From Ruditapes philippinarum (taxonomy: Eukaryota), in the NCBI RefSeq assembly GCF_026571515.1, contig NW_026854988.1, forward strand, positions 372,001-436,000: a stretch of 64,000 bases of DNA, given 5' to 3'. The notes under the pieces are model-generated. The model saw only the letters and a program-made list of their open reading frames with translations. It searched no databases and was not told the DNA's origin. Shown piece after piece: positions 1 through 14,362 of the stretch. The position numbers and the translations under genes were made by a program. Position 1 is the first letter of the stretch, and each line of letters opens with the position of its first letter.

Positions 1-60
1 ATTTATACAACGTCTGTATCAGCTGCAATGATCTAAAGTGTGTTATTCAATATATTAACA

Positions 61-3000
61 GATATTTTTATGCCGACACAACAACGAAGAAAACAAACCA
101 AAAAACGTGGACCACGCTTAAGATAATCGAAAGAATTCTGAAATAGTTATCATTTCTACCGAAAATGTTTCTTGAAATAAAACCGGACAAAGACATAAAT
201 AAAAGAAGAAACCAGAACAAAATCAGTTGCGGTATAGCAGACTTTAAGGCTAAATATAAAATAAGCTGTTATACAACTCATATAATGATCTCAATTTTAA
301 GAGAAGTACATGTTGTCTAGAACATATTAAGCACCTCACAACGATGATGATGTGTCACCAACAATATTAATAAAATAATTTTCAAGCGAACAAAAGAAGC
401 AGAAAAGAAGCCTTCATTAGCTTGTACAACTGTGACAATAAAATTATAGTTATTGAACAGTGTGACAGATACGGTAATATAAACATGCGGTGATGCACAA
501 GGACAAGTAACATTATTGAAAGCGAAGGTACAAACAACAAATGATTGCTAAAATAAAGATGTATTCTTGAACAACCATAGAGGACAATGAACTAATGAAA
601 TTTTTATAGGGAACAGAAATCTGTCGTCGGAGAATGACACTTAAGCAGACAGAATAACCATTATGGTAGTTCTGTTTTAATAACATCAGTGTGGAAATAT
701 AAGCATTTTGTCTTTAATTTATTTAAGCATTCGTTAAAATAGTTATGATAAATTAAGAATTTTTATGTTAATCAGAAAAAATCAATGAAGAAAATAATTG
801 AATTCTCCGCGTAAAGATTTGATCGGATCAAATGGAACACTTAAGAAAAGACTGATTGTCTCGTTTTTTTCTTTATCATCTATCAAACATTTACAATGTT
901 GCATTATTTATATATCAATCAGATAATTGTTTCCATTTCAAAAATCAAATATTGATAAAGTAAACACAAAAAAGAATAGCAGAAAACACAAATATTTACA
1001 AATCATAGAACCCACAACAACATTCTTGTTCTCATTTTTTGCAGTACACGTTGATAGCTTTTTTGCGCGATTAGGTTTTACAGCAATAATGAACGCTGCA
1101 CTTCATTCTTCAAATAACGTTAGCAATTTTATTTTTAGTTAAGATCTTTAAATTAGACATATATATAATATATAATCAATCATAATTCCACTGGTAATTT
1201 CTTGTTTAGAATAATAACAGCATCTAGTGTTCCAATTTGCGCATGATACATTCCTAATAGCTATGTGTAATTATAACGAGAAGAATCGTTATCTTTAACG
1301 GCAATTTAAACCGATTGAAAACCGTCTGTCGACAAAAATAAGAGTTTACTTATTTCCTTTATTGCATTGTAAAGATATGTTTGCTTGATTACGTACGATA
1401 TATGTTAAAAAATGTAGGACATTCTAATTCAACTAGGGTAAAAATTAACACCTGTTTCAAAACATCGTTATTATTCAATCTTTGTCATTATCTTACACTT
1501 TACTATTTCTTAATTTAGAAACAATTGATAACGTTAAACACGCATTGGCATGATGCAATACATAAGTATTTGGCTTGTAACACCGGAAACTGTTGGAAAT
1601 AGGTTCCTCTGTGGTATTCAAAGGTAAATCGAAGAATGTACGCTGTTTGCGTCCAAGAAATAACAACTTTTGATGCTGCTAGAAAATCCATTGTAAAATT
1701 GCCGGCTACAATGTAAATCTTTAAACATGTATGTTTTTTTTTGTTTGTTTGTTTTTCGTTTGGTGTGTTTCTTTGTTTCTTTTTTCCTATGATTTCAATG
1801 TTCCAGGTATCTTGAAAAAAATATGCAGTCATATGTTGGAAAGGAGGTTAGTATCACTTTATAAAGTGAACAAACTGCTGTCAAAGCCTTCGGTACATTA
1901 CACTACAGACACTCCCGAGAAATAAAGAAACAATATATGATATTTGTTTTGGGAAAACCGGCGGACATTTATACAAATTGCGTAGCGCAAAAATTGTTCA
2001 TCTGTAATTTATTATAATAACAAATCTCATATTAAATTTCAGACTAAATGTTGCAAGCATTTACATATACTTCCATCACAAAATACTGATTTTATATCGT
2101 GAGGTTATTGTGTATTGTTCAATCACAAGGGTGTAACAAGTGAATGTTTGTTTGTTTATTTATTTACTTATTTACTTATTTGTTTGTTTGTTTGTTTTAG
2201 GCGTGGAGAAGGGTTGTTATTTTCTTGTTTTTTTAAACAAAATTTATATCCTTGTTGTTAATGTTATTGTTGTTATTTTCATTTTATTGGTGTTGTAGTT
2301 ATCGCTGTGCCTTGTTCATAAAAATGTATCGGCACTTAGATAGATCGCTTCATCATTTAGAAATAGTTTCCAAAATTATCTACTTTTCTTGATTATTATC
2401 ATCGACTATTAATTAAATGAAAGATCAATTGACATTCATCCAGTCAAAACAAATATATTGTTGTTCTAGGTAACATTTGATCGAATACACTTTTGTTACA
2501 TATGCTAAAATTGTTTATTAAGAGCAACATATAATAATGCATTGCTGTGATAGCGAAAAACTCATCGGATAGGACATACAATTTATCCTTAGATCTTGTA
2601 TTATAACTCAGAAAGCCCTAATGTAAAGAAACTATAAGGTTCTTATCAAATGTCCTTCCATGGAATATAAAATATACAGTTGTATATTATATTTTTTGAG
2701 TCGCATTGTGAAAATGTCATATATTTAGTTAAGTAAATGATATATTGTTGTTATAAAGATCATTTTGTCCAAAAGAAAAGTGTCAGACTTCTAACTTACC
2801 AGACTGTTAAAGTAATCTTGACTAAAAGATATAGCACTAATGGGTGTTTACGAAGCATTAAATTGTTCTACATCAATTTAAATATTCGCCAAGAGGTATA
2901 AACGAGTACATAGTTATCTTTATAACAAAAGATAATTCCCTTTAGGTCACGATTTCCAGATTTTAAGTATTATTGCGCAGTTCATAATTCACTAATTAAA

Positions 3001-4890
3001 AAATGCATAAGTGCATCCTGCATATCAGTATACGTCAAAAATCTGTTTTTCATCTTTCGTTATCTTTATTTTGTATAAAGAAAATATTGATTGTTCTATA
3101 CTTTTCACATGTTCATGCTAGTGCGATCGCATTTGACGTACGTGTGCGTGTGTGTGTGTGTGTGCGTGTGCGTTTTTTTTTTTGTTTTTTTTTTTTCATA
3201 ATTATAAAAGTATTATGCCTTATTTTTTTATATTGCACCATTCGTGATGTATATAGAAAAACGCAAAACAACTGAGCTGTCACGAGTTATCTGTTAACCA
3301 ATGTTTTGTTCCGTTAGTATATACCTGAGTGCTCAGATTTTATGCAAGAATACCGGTATAAGTTTGATCATGAGTCAAATATGATAATTGTTATGAGCAC
3401 AGAAAACGAAAAGAAAAGCAAAGTTAAGTCTGGTTATACATGTAAATATCTCAATTTTCGATTGCTATACTTAAAATATAATTGAACACAGTTTTACTTA
3501 TCCGTTATATTAATGGCATCACAAACTGCATAATTATATCTATAATTGCATATCTAAGTAGCCAGTATGAAAAGAAATGATTTATTGACTATAACAATGT
3601 TCATTGTATTCACTGTTAGACACTTTATTTGTGAAAGTATACTTTTTCCGATATTTTATTTCATGCACTTCAGATTATATAAGCGGAAACATGTGTTATT
3701 TTGTTTTATATTTACCAACCGTGACAAAACGTTTGCTATGTTTTACTTGTTGTTTTGTTATATAACGTGATGTATGTAAATGTACAAGTTTAATAACACA
3801 ATTCTACTTCTTTATAATATTGGTGGGTTTTTTTGTGTTTGTTTGTTTTCTTTTGGGGTGTTGCTTTTTGTTGTTGGTTTGTTGTTGTTGTTTTTTTGTT
3901 GGTTTTGTATTGTTGTTGTCTTTTTATAACTTTTTCTTCACGGATTTTGTTGTAATTATATTTATCAAAATCACCACCGTCGTTGTCGTCTTTGTCACCA
4001 TAAACATTACTATCGTCGTCGTGCTTGTTGCTTCATCAGTCGCCAATTTTAAACATTTGAGCAATATAACAACTGCCATGAACCGGTCGTTATGTTGATA
4101 TTACTCGACGAAAGCAGAAGACCGTTCTAAGGATTTAGTCTTAGCTGCGACCAAGTCCTTTAATAAAACAGCCCCGAATTCCTTAACAGAAACCTCTTTG
4201 TCAACAGGATGCCTTAACATTATTGTAACAAGTTTCTGGCAAAATATATTGAAACCATACCGTTAAACAACATCATCAGACATCATCATTTTAGTATAAG
4301 TTGAACAGACAAACATTCCAATCAATTTGTGTAGAACATAAAACATTATAAATTTGTATAAATCATACAGTCTTGATAGGTTCATTACATGAATTGTTGT
4401 AAATGGAATATTGCTGTGGTTGAATAATTAAGTCGTTGTCATTCGGAAATAAAATTCAATGAAAATTTATTATCATTTGAAAGCACCAACCGCTTCTAGT
4501 ATAATTACACGTCTATTCATTGCTTTATTAATCAGTTATGATATGCATTCTTAGAGAAAAAGTATTAATGGAATACAGAAAATTTATTCAACAATTAGGT
4601 TATTTTTTGCATTTATACAACGTCTGTATCAGTCGCAATGATCTAAAGTGTGTTCAGGGGACTGTTATATATACCGAATAAATTAACTATTCCAAAAAAG
4701 GTTTACTTTCATCTAATAGAAACACGTTAATTATAAATAATACTGAAAAAATGTTTAACTATTTGATAGTTTGGTTGTTACGATGTATTTAGAAAAATGA
4801 TCGTACATAATAATATAACAGTGAACAAAAAGTACCAACAACGTTATCTTTATAATTGTCATTATTAAATTAAAAAGAAATATTTTTACA
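61..4890 (+). repeat. Non-coding segmental duplication unit, tandem copy 1
   Basis: Colinear with 4891-9255 (e.g. gatatttttatgccg at 61 and ~4890; atttatacaacgtc..atctaaagtgtgtt at 1, 4611, ~8987); many substitutions and indels. Confidence 0.93.
3142..3172. repeat. (GT)n microsatellite
   Basis: Direct reading; absent from the tandem copy near 7975. Confidence 0.9.
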
Positions 4891-6959
4891 GATATTTTTA
4901 TGCCGGCACAACAACGAATAAAACAAACCAAAAAACGTGGACCCCGCTTAAGATAATCGAAAGAATTCCGAAATAGTTATCATTACTGCCGAAAATGTTT
5001 CTTGAAATAAAACCGGACAAGGACATAAATAAAAAAGAAACCAGAACAAAATCAGATGCGGTATAGCAGACTTTAAGGCTAAATATAAAATAAGCTGTTA
5101 TACAACTCATGTAATGATTTCAATTTTAAGAGAAGTACATGTATTTTAGAACATATTAAGCACCTCACAATGGTGATGATGTGTCACCAACAATATTAAT
5201 AAAATAATTTTTAAGCGAACAAAAGAAGCAGAGAAAAGAAGCCTTCATTAGTTAATACAACTGTGATAATAAAACTATAGTTATTGAACAGTGTGACAGA
5301 TATGGTAATTAAACATGCGGTGATGCACAAGGACAAGTAACATTATTGAAAGCGAAGGTACAAACAACAAATGATTGCTACAAATTAAGATGTATGCTTG
5401 AACAGAAACCATAGAGGACAATGAACTAACGAGGAAAATTTTCATAGCGAACAGAAATCATTCGTCAGAGAATGACACTTATGCAGACAGAATTACCATG
5501 GTTCTGTTTTTATAACATCAGTGTGAATATATAAGCATTTTGTTTTAAATTTAGTTTAGCATTCCTTAACATAGCTAAGATACAATAACAATGTTTATGT
5601 TAATCAGAAATGATCTATTAGAATAAGAATTGATCTCCGCTTAAAGACTTGATCTGATCAAATTGAACACTCTAGAAAAGACTCGTTTTTTCTACATTAT
5701 CTATCAAACACTTCGAGCAAGATAACATTATTCATATATCAATCAGATAATTGTTTCCATTTCAAAAAAACAAATATTGATAAAGTAAACACAAAAAGAA
5801 GAATAGCAGAGAAAACAAATATTTACAAGTCATAGAAGCCACAACAACATTTTTGTTCTCATTATTTTGGCAAAACACGTTGATTGTTTTTGCGAGATTA
5901 GGTTTTACAGCAAAAATGAACGCTGCACTTCATATTTCAAATAACATTAGCGATTTAATTTTTAGTTAAGATCTTTAAATTAGACACATATAAAATATAT
6001 AATCAATCACAATTCCACTGGTAATTGCTTGTTAAGAATAATAACAGCATCTAGTGTTCCAATTTGCGCATGATACTTTCCCAATAAATATTTGTAACTT
6101 TAACGAGAAGAATCGTTATCTTTAACGGCAATATAAACCGATTGAAAACCGTCTGTCGACAAAAATAAGAGTTTTCTAATTTCCTTTATTACATTGTAAA
6201 GATATGTTTGCTTGATTACGTATAAATGCTTAAAACAAATGATAGGACTTTCTAATGCATCTAGGGTAATAAGTAACACCTGTTTCAAACATGTCGTTTT
6301 TATTCAATCTTTGTCTTTATCTTACTCTTAACTATTTTCTTAATTTAGAAACAATTGATAACGTTAAAGACGCATTGGCATGATGCAATACATAAGTATT
6401 TGGCTTGTTACACGGAAAACTGTGGGAATGAGGTTCCTCTGTGGTATTCAAAGGTAATTGGAAGACTGTACGCTGTTTGCGTCCAAACAAAAAACTTTTG
6501 ATGCAGCTAGAAAATCCATTGTTCTATTGGCTGCAATTTAAATCTTTTGACATGTATGTTTGTTTGTTTTATGTTTGATGTGTTTGTTTGTTTCTTTCAT
6601 TCTATGATTTCAATGTTTCAAATATGTTGAAAAAATATGGATTCATATGTTGAAAAAGAGGTTAATATCACTTTATAAGTGAACAAACTACTGCCATAGC
6701 CTTCGGTACATTACGCTACAGACTCTCCCGAGAAATACAAACAATATATGATATTTGTTTTGGGAAAACCGGCGGACAATAATACAAGTAGCGCAAAAAT
6801 TGTTCATCTGTGATTGACTTTAAAACAAATCTCATATTAAATTTCACACTAAACGTTGTAGGCATCTACATATTATTCCGTCACAAAATACTGATTTTAT
6901 ATCGTGAGGTTATTGTTAACTGTTCCATGTGAATGTTTATTTGTTGGTTTATTTGTTTG

Positions 6960-7009
<50 letters not shown>

Positions 7010-9255
7010 TGTTTGTTTGTTTGTTTGTTTGTTTGTGAGCGTTGAGGAGGGATGTTATCATCTTGTTATTGTCATTTTTATTGGTAATGAAGCTATCGCT
7101 GTACCTTGTTCATAAAATATATCAGCACCTAGATAGATCGCTTCATCATTTCAAACTATTTTCAAAAATCAAAGAACTAATTTTTTTGATTAACACCATC
7201 AAGAAATATTGACGACCATTTAATTGAATGAACGATTAATTGAGTCCAGTCCAAAAGAATATTTTGTTGTTCTAGGTAACATTTGATCACATAGATAACA
7301 CACTTTTGATACACATGCTTAAATGTGTATATTAAGAGCAAAACATAATGCATTGCTGTGATATGGAAAAACTCACCTGTCGAATAAAAAATACAATTTA
7401 TCCTTGGATCTTATATTATAACTGTGAAAGCCCTGATGTAATGAAAAATAAAAAAGACTATAAGGTTCTTATAAAATGTCCTTTCCCTGAATATAAAATA
7501 TGCAGTTGTTTATTATATTTATTGATTTGCAGTGTGAAAATGTTATATATATTTAGTCAAATAAAGGATATATTGTTTTTATAAAGATCATTTTGTCAAA
7601 TTGTAAATATATTCTTTAAAGTGTCAGACTTATTATAAACAAGACTGTTGAAATAATATTGACTACTAGATGTAGTGCCCATGGATGTTTACGAAGCATT
7701 AAATTGTTTCACATCAATTAAAATATTCGCCAAAAGGTGTAAACGAGTATATAGTTATTTTATAACAAAAGATAATTCCCTTTAAGTCACGATTTCCAGA
7801 TTTAAAGTATTATTGCGCAGTTCATAATGCACTCATTAAAAAAGATTGAATAGTGCATCCTGTATATAAATATACGTTCAAATTTATTTTTGTCTTACGT
7901 TATCTTTATTTCTTTGTATAAAGAAAACATTGATTGTTCTATACTTTCCTCATGCTAGTGCGATCGCATTTGACAGTTGTCACGAGGACAATCTATCTGT
8001 TCACAAATGTTATGCTCCGTTAATATATACCTGCGTGCTCAGACTTTATGCAAGAATACCGGTATAAGTTTGATCATGATTCAAATATGATGATTGTAAT
8101 AAGCACAGAAAACGAATCGAAAAGCAAAGTAAAAAAATTTCATACATGTAAATATCGTATTTTTCGTCTAAGGGGGGGATGTTTCGTTGTTTGTTTGTTT
8201 TTTGTTTGTTTTTTGGTTTTTTTTCTTATAATAATTATTTCTTCATCGTTGTTGTTATAATAATTTTCAAAGTCACCGCCGTCGTTGTCGTCTTTATCTA
8301 CGTCAGCATCATTATCGTCGTCGTCGTTGTCTTGTACAATTGTAAACTCATTGGTCAGAATATCTCAGGCGGCTTATTTTTCTTGTTGCTTCATCAGTTG
8401 CCAATTTTAAACATTTGAGCAATATAATAACTGCATTTAACCGGTCGTTATGTTGATAAAACTCGACGAAAGCACACGATCGTTCTAAGAATTTAGTCTT
8501 AGCTACGACCAACCATGCGACCGTTCAGAAAACAGCACCCGGATTCCTTCACAGAAACCTCTTTGTCAACAGGATGCCTTAACATTATTTCATACAGTTT
8601 CTGGCAAAATAATTTTAAACCATACCGGTTAACCACATCATCAGACATCATCATTTTCGTATAAGTTTAACAGACAAACATTCCAATCAATTTGTTTAGA
8701 ACATAAAACATTATAAATTTATATAAGTCATACAGTCTTGATAGATTCATAACATGAACTGTTGTAAATTGAATATAGCTGTGGTTGAATAATTACGTCA
8801 TAGTCATTCGGAAATAACATTTAATGAGAATTTATTATCATTTGATAGCACCAACCGCTTCTAGTATAATTACTCATCTATTCATAGCTTTAATAATCCG
8901 TTATGATATGCATTCTCATAAAAAATTGTTAATGGAATACTAAAAATTTATTTTGCATAGGTTTTTAAACAATCATTATTATGTGCACTTATACAACGTC
9001 CGTATCAGATGCAATGATCTAAAGTGTGTTCACGGGACTGTTATATATACCAAATGAATTAACTATTTCCAAAAACGTTTACTTTCATCTAGTAAGAGAA
9101 ACACGTAAATTATAAATAATACTGAGAAATATTTAACTATTTTATATTTTGGTTGCTACAATGTATTTAGAAAATTGATCGTACGTAATAACAGTACAGT
9201 GAACAAAATGTACAAACAACGTTATCTTTTCAAAATAAAAAGAAACATATTTACA
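4891..9255 (+). repeat. Non-coding segmental duplication unit, tandem copy 2
   Basis: Colinear with 61-4890; reverse-complement copies at ~34.6-39.5 kb and ~41.3-43.95 kb. Confidence 0.93.
6950..7035. repeat. Compound (TTGA)n/(GTTT)n microsatellite
   Basis: Direct reading. Confidence 0.92.
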
Positions 9256-9933
9256 AGAATAATAGAATAAAAGTTGATTCATTATGATGTCTAGATTGTT
9301 ATTATGATGCACGTAATAACAGAAAATATGATAATGGTACAAATCAAATGCATGAGGACAATGTTGGTATATGAGTTCGCATGAATATAAATCATGATGT
9401 TTGTCACTTTGCTCAAGAAAAAAAGTGTTTTCTAAATATATGTGAGGAACGCGATATCCGGTTGGATATCCGAGGCTGCGATATAACTAATTATTTACAT
9501 TACAGATAATACATAGGTAATATTACAGCAAACAGTTGCCACAACTGATTTTAAATCTTATCACAAAAACAAATAGATATTTATCATAAGAATGAAAACA
9601 AAGCGAAAAATATCAAAGCTAAAATTATTATAAACAATATGAAAAGATTTTATATTAATACAAATACAACAATGTCAATGTAAGTAAGTAGATTTTTTTA
9701 TATGAATTTACTATATACTGATATAAAAAAGATACTGTAGAGATATAATAAAATTTTCCTAATGTTGATTAGGTAAATGCTTTCCGAGGTCAATTTTAAT
9801 CTCTTTTCGCTAACTTAAAGATGTTATCCTGCAGAACAGGAGATGCTACATGACTAGGATATTTCATTCATAAAAGCCGACATCAAAAATTTAATGAATG
9901 ATAAACATAGAGCACGGACACGATATAAACTCA

Positions 9934-9941
9934 TGACGTCA
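9934..9941. promoter_or_regulatory. Perfect CRE palindrome TGACGTCA, retained in three paralogous flanks
   Basis: TGACGTCA at 9934-9941, 33042-33049 and 40744-40751 in homologous context; function is inferred only. Confidence 0.35.
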
Positions 9942-12061
9942 GTAGCAGCATAGTATAAAGTATTTTATGTTATTGGTTGAAATCTAAAAATACAAAATGA
10001 TTATATCATTCACAATCATTCCAATTTTTTAACGATGTGGGTTAATACTTAAAAAAGAAATAGTTTTACAGTTAAAATGTTAATGTAGACGTTATAGAAA
10101 CCTTGAATGCATTTTTTTGAATCTGTTTATCTTTACATATCGTGGCGTACTGCACGATTTTGAGTTATTAATACCTCTAAGTACACGCCCTATAAAGCTG
10201 GGGAAAATTAAGAGGTTATAACAGGTTTGACTAGCGATATTTATATACGCTTAGTCAACAAGTATTTCGAATCTTTTACCGCGGCTACTAAACCAAATGT
10301 GATGCAAATATGTACTGGGTATAAACAGAATTGTTTAGTAATTGACTAGGCTCCCGCAATTCAAAACAATGACTAGTAATGTTTTTGAAGGGTGAAGTAT
10401 ATTTTACTTCAAAAAGGGATTAAGAAAATATTCGTGCACGTACAATTCTCAAAAAAAAAGAACAAAAATACAATGTTTATTGCTGTAATAATGTTTTAAA
10501 GTAAAGTGAATATTTAACAAAGTAAACGTTATTTTTTTCATTGTAAAATTGTGATCCAAACAAAACAATAACATTCAATGTTTATTCCTCTAAACGTATT
10601 ACGTTTTATTGTTGGTGACAATTGAACGCGTTTTCTTTCCATAATAAAAATGAATTTCTTTTAAGAAAACTACGTACTATTCTTTAAAAATGGCAAATCT
10701 AGATTTTTACTTTTATGTTGCCCGAAAAATTAATCTCAAGGAAGGTAACTAACAACCATACATTTTAAAGGTTTGAAAATGATGCTACTGTAAGTCTATA
10801 TAAATGTAAACCTTTAATTTATTCAATTGACATACTTTTAAGATATTAAGATTTATAAACATTGAATAACCAATATAAATATATCACTTAACATATCGTT
10901 TTTGCTTTATTGCCGGTGGTCACCAACAGAGCAAACATGAAAATAAGTTATGCTGTTTTATATATACTCGTTTTTATTATAATATTAAAAGTTAGAAAGA
11001 GTCAGAAAAGTAATAATTTGTATTGTGACTTAAAAAGCCATGTAGATTATACCGAAATACTTTAATTGACAGAAAGATAAATATGAATAAACAAACATTT
11101 GTAAAAGCCAAAGGCACATACATGAATGTTTTGGAAATAAAAAACAACCTGTAAATAGTCAGGGAACATTATGATAGATAACATTATATTAGGACTTATT
11201 TATAAGAGTCATAAAATAACAAACATGTTCCAATTGCAACTCAGAGAGAAACGATCATACAGCGTGTGTTAACTGTTTTTAATCTTAAAGCAGTAATTTT
11301 AATCTTAAAGCAGTTAAGGGGTTTCTTGCTTTGTTGTGTATTTTATGTTTGTTTTTGTTGTGTTTTTGTTGTTGTTTGTACAATACATTGTAGATCGTGA
11401 ATTTAATCTGACAAAATGTTACAGCTTGAAATAAGAAAATGAGCTAAACCTTTTTCTCTTTACTTTCTTATAAGTTATGTTTGGCGGATTAAAGTGTATT
11501 TGCTAATGTTGAAGGTTTTCCATCAAACGGACCGGTATGTTAATTTAAGCAATATTTATTACAATTTTATTTCAATATGAATATATACAGCAAGCATAAA
11601 CAAACACACTGAGAGATTTTGTGGATTTGAAAACAAGTCAAATGCGAAGTTAATTCCTTTTCACACATAGAGTACTTGTAATTGAGAAGCATGCATAGAA
11701 TAATACAAAGAAAGAGCAAATCAGATTAGATTAATGATTAAAATGAATAAAATTTAATATGTTCGAACATTGTTGTCTAGAGTAGAAAAACATAAGAGAA
11801 ATTCTGTTACACGATTTTTTACAATATTAACATACAGCTTCTATTGCAAAATAAAATATTGCTAGTATTTAATTTAAATTAATTATTCAAATTTTAGTTA
11901 TATATAGAATGCTTTAAAGAAAGAGAAGACATAAATATGTAAAATCAAACATTCATATTAATAGAATCATAAGTAATAGGAGACTTTTAATATAAATATT
12001 TGAATGACTGTGATAATGAAAATATATTCAACAACTGAGAAACTCAGATTTCGTTTTTCCT

Positions 12062-12405
12062 TTAACCTTTCGCTGCCAGAGGGTTATTGTTTTATTGATC
12101 ACCTATTTGTCAGAGGGTTTTCTAAGAAATTACTATATTGTTAATTAATATAATTATTGTTATTATTATTTGTTATTAGTATTAATATAATAATATATGT
12201 TTCAAAATATGCTAGAATAATAATAATTATTGTCGATGGTATAATTTTCTTTTTATTTATTATTATTTTTATTATTATTATTAATTTATTATTATTATTA
12301 TTATTATTATGATTATTATAGAAACGGCAAAAGCCGTCCATATGGCAAATACGCCGAAAAAAACAGGGACGGCATAAGCCGTCCCTATGGCAGTGAAAGG
12401 GTTAA
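12062..12405. mobile_element. Non-autonomous piggyBac-like MITE with internal (TTA)n
   Basis: TTAA-CCTTTCGCTGCCA at left, TGGCAGTGAAAGGG-TTAA at right (14 bp TIR, 1 mismatch + 1 indel); subterminal hairpin GGGACGGCataaGCCGTCCC. Confidence 0.75.
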
Positions 12406-12871
12406 ACAAGTTTGGGTCCGATGATATATTTGAACTACCAAGATATTAATTATAGTGACTCTTTACCAATATGAATAACACATTTAAGAACGCAATATGT
12501 ATATGAATTGCAATTAGATATTTGTATGCGTTGTAAATTAGTCATATTCGTACAATTCATCTTTATAATAAAATATAACTTAATTTTCATAACATGATTT
12601 TAATATTTAACTTTGAAAAATGTATACATATTTTTTGTTCATTTGCTACAATAAAGGTAAACGTTGCATGATGATGCATTTTTTACCGTTCCCTTATCAA
12701 TTTGTTTTCGGTTCATTCTTTTCCTGTTGTATAAATATTTTTAATGAAAAATATTTACGCATTTTTCTTGTTGTAATAAAAAAGGTTTGTTCTCGGATTA
12801 AGATATGAATTTAGTACTTAAGCACTTACCTGGCAAATATACGTGATGCACTAGGACTGTATGCTAATTAT

Positions 12872-13059
12872 GTAAACTACGACTCAAATAAACTTTCATT
12901 TCAACATGATTTATTATCCAATCCCACGAAAATATTAAAGAAAAGTTGCTGCAGCACAGCATTAGATCATTAGATCGGCAGACGGCCTCAGTGTAACAAT
13001 CAGTGAAATATTGCAGGAACTTATTGGATATACCAATTTCTATAAATAATTTGAGCTCC
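12872..13059 (+). other. Putative non-coding 5' UTR exon of GPCR copy A
   Basis: Block conserved upstream of all three GPCR paralogs, ending in GTAAGT donor at 13060; pairs with acceptor ttttcAG at 14359-14360 just before the ATG. 5' boundary approximate. Confidence 0.65.
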
Positions 13060-14362
13060 GTAAGTCTTTATAATTTTTTCATATTGTTTTCAGAATATAA
13101 TCGTGTTCTTTTGAAGGATTTTTACTAAAATTATGATATTGTCTAAACGTTAGAAGAACAATTTAACATTTAATTTGAACAAACGTTTAAGAACATGGAA
13201 AAGAACAACAAAATATATTCGTTATTGTATAATATAATATAATTGGAACAAATGTCTTAGAATATGGAAAAGGACAACACAAAAATATTTGTTATATCTA
13301 AGCTCATCATTGTAGAATTGAAGAATTTCTAAATATCCAGGATCATTGATTTCAATACATTTTATTGGGAAAAGGATGCCGCTTTAGCAGGTTCTAGGTG
13401 CATGAGAGAGCATGAATTTTACATGTTCTCTCATAAACAGGCTCTGCAATATATTACTATTTGATAGTGTTTTCATTGCTCCTAAGTTGTCTGCCCATTT
13501 CAGAGTTTTACTTTTCTCGGAAAGAATTTCGGGCTTTTATTTCAAACATTACCTTTCATGTTCGCATTAAATGTAATAACTTAGAAAGTTTTATATGTTT
13601 TAAGTTAATCTTTTGTAATTAGAAACAATTTAATTCTTAATAAAGGACATTGAAAATTTGATTCTTTTTTTTCAAACAATATTCATTTTATCAAAGTATT
13701 TAAACATGTCAATTATTTTCATGTTCAGAAAATGTCGATTTATTGCGGGTTTTTTTTGTTGTTAATATGTTTAATATATATATTCGAAGCGTTTCTTGAA
13801 AAAGCTAGACTTTAACTGCATGTCATCATTAAAAGTAGATGAATTTAGTTTAATAATGTCTTCTTATCTTCTTTATTCTCATCTTTCTATTTACGAATAA
13901 ATTCATCTTTTCAACAATTGTAACTTAAACAAGTTGCATACATGTTTTATAAACACACGTGCTAAATATTTACATCGTAATTTATACTTTGTTATTGTAT
14001 CATTAATGTCAAAAGGCATACTTCAGCAAACAGTTTTATTTTAACTACAAAAAGAAATGTAAAAGAAAAATGAACTTGAGAAATAATATAATGTTAAAGT
14101 GGTCAAGTTTTATTGCACGTTTATTATTATTTTGAAGATAGTAATGATAATTATATACCTAATTGTTACTAATATTTGATCATAGTACAATTGCATACTG
14201 CAAAGTATTTAACTAATAAATTAACAAAGGAAAATTTCTACGCATCGTTTAATTTCAGATAAATAATAAATTATCTTTCTAATCGTCTTTGTTCATTTTT
14301 TACAATTTTTATAAACTGATAAAATTTTATTCAATTTTTGTATTTGTATTGTATTTTCAGGC

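Noticed and set aside
927-12808. Many 60-105 aa ORFs, several hydrophobic
   Set aside because: Derived from T-rich simple repeats; frames not conserved between duplicated copies
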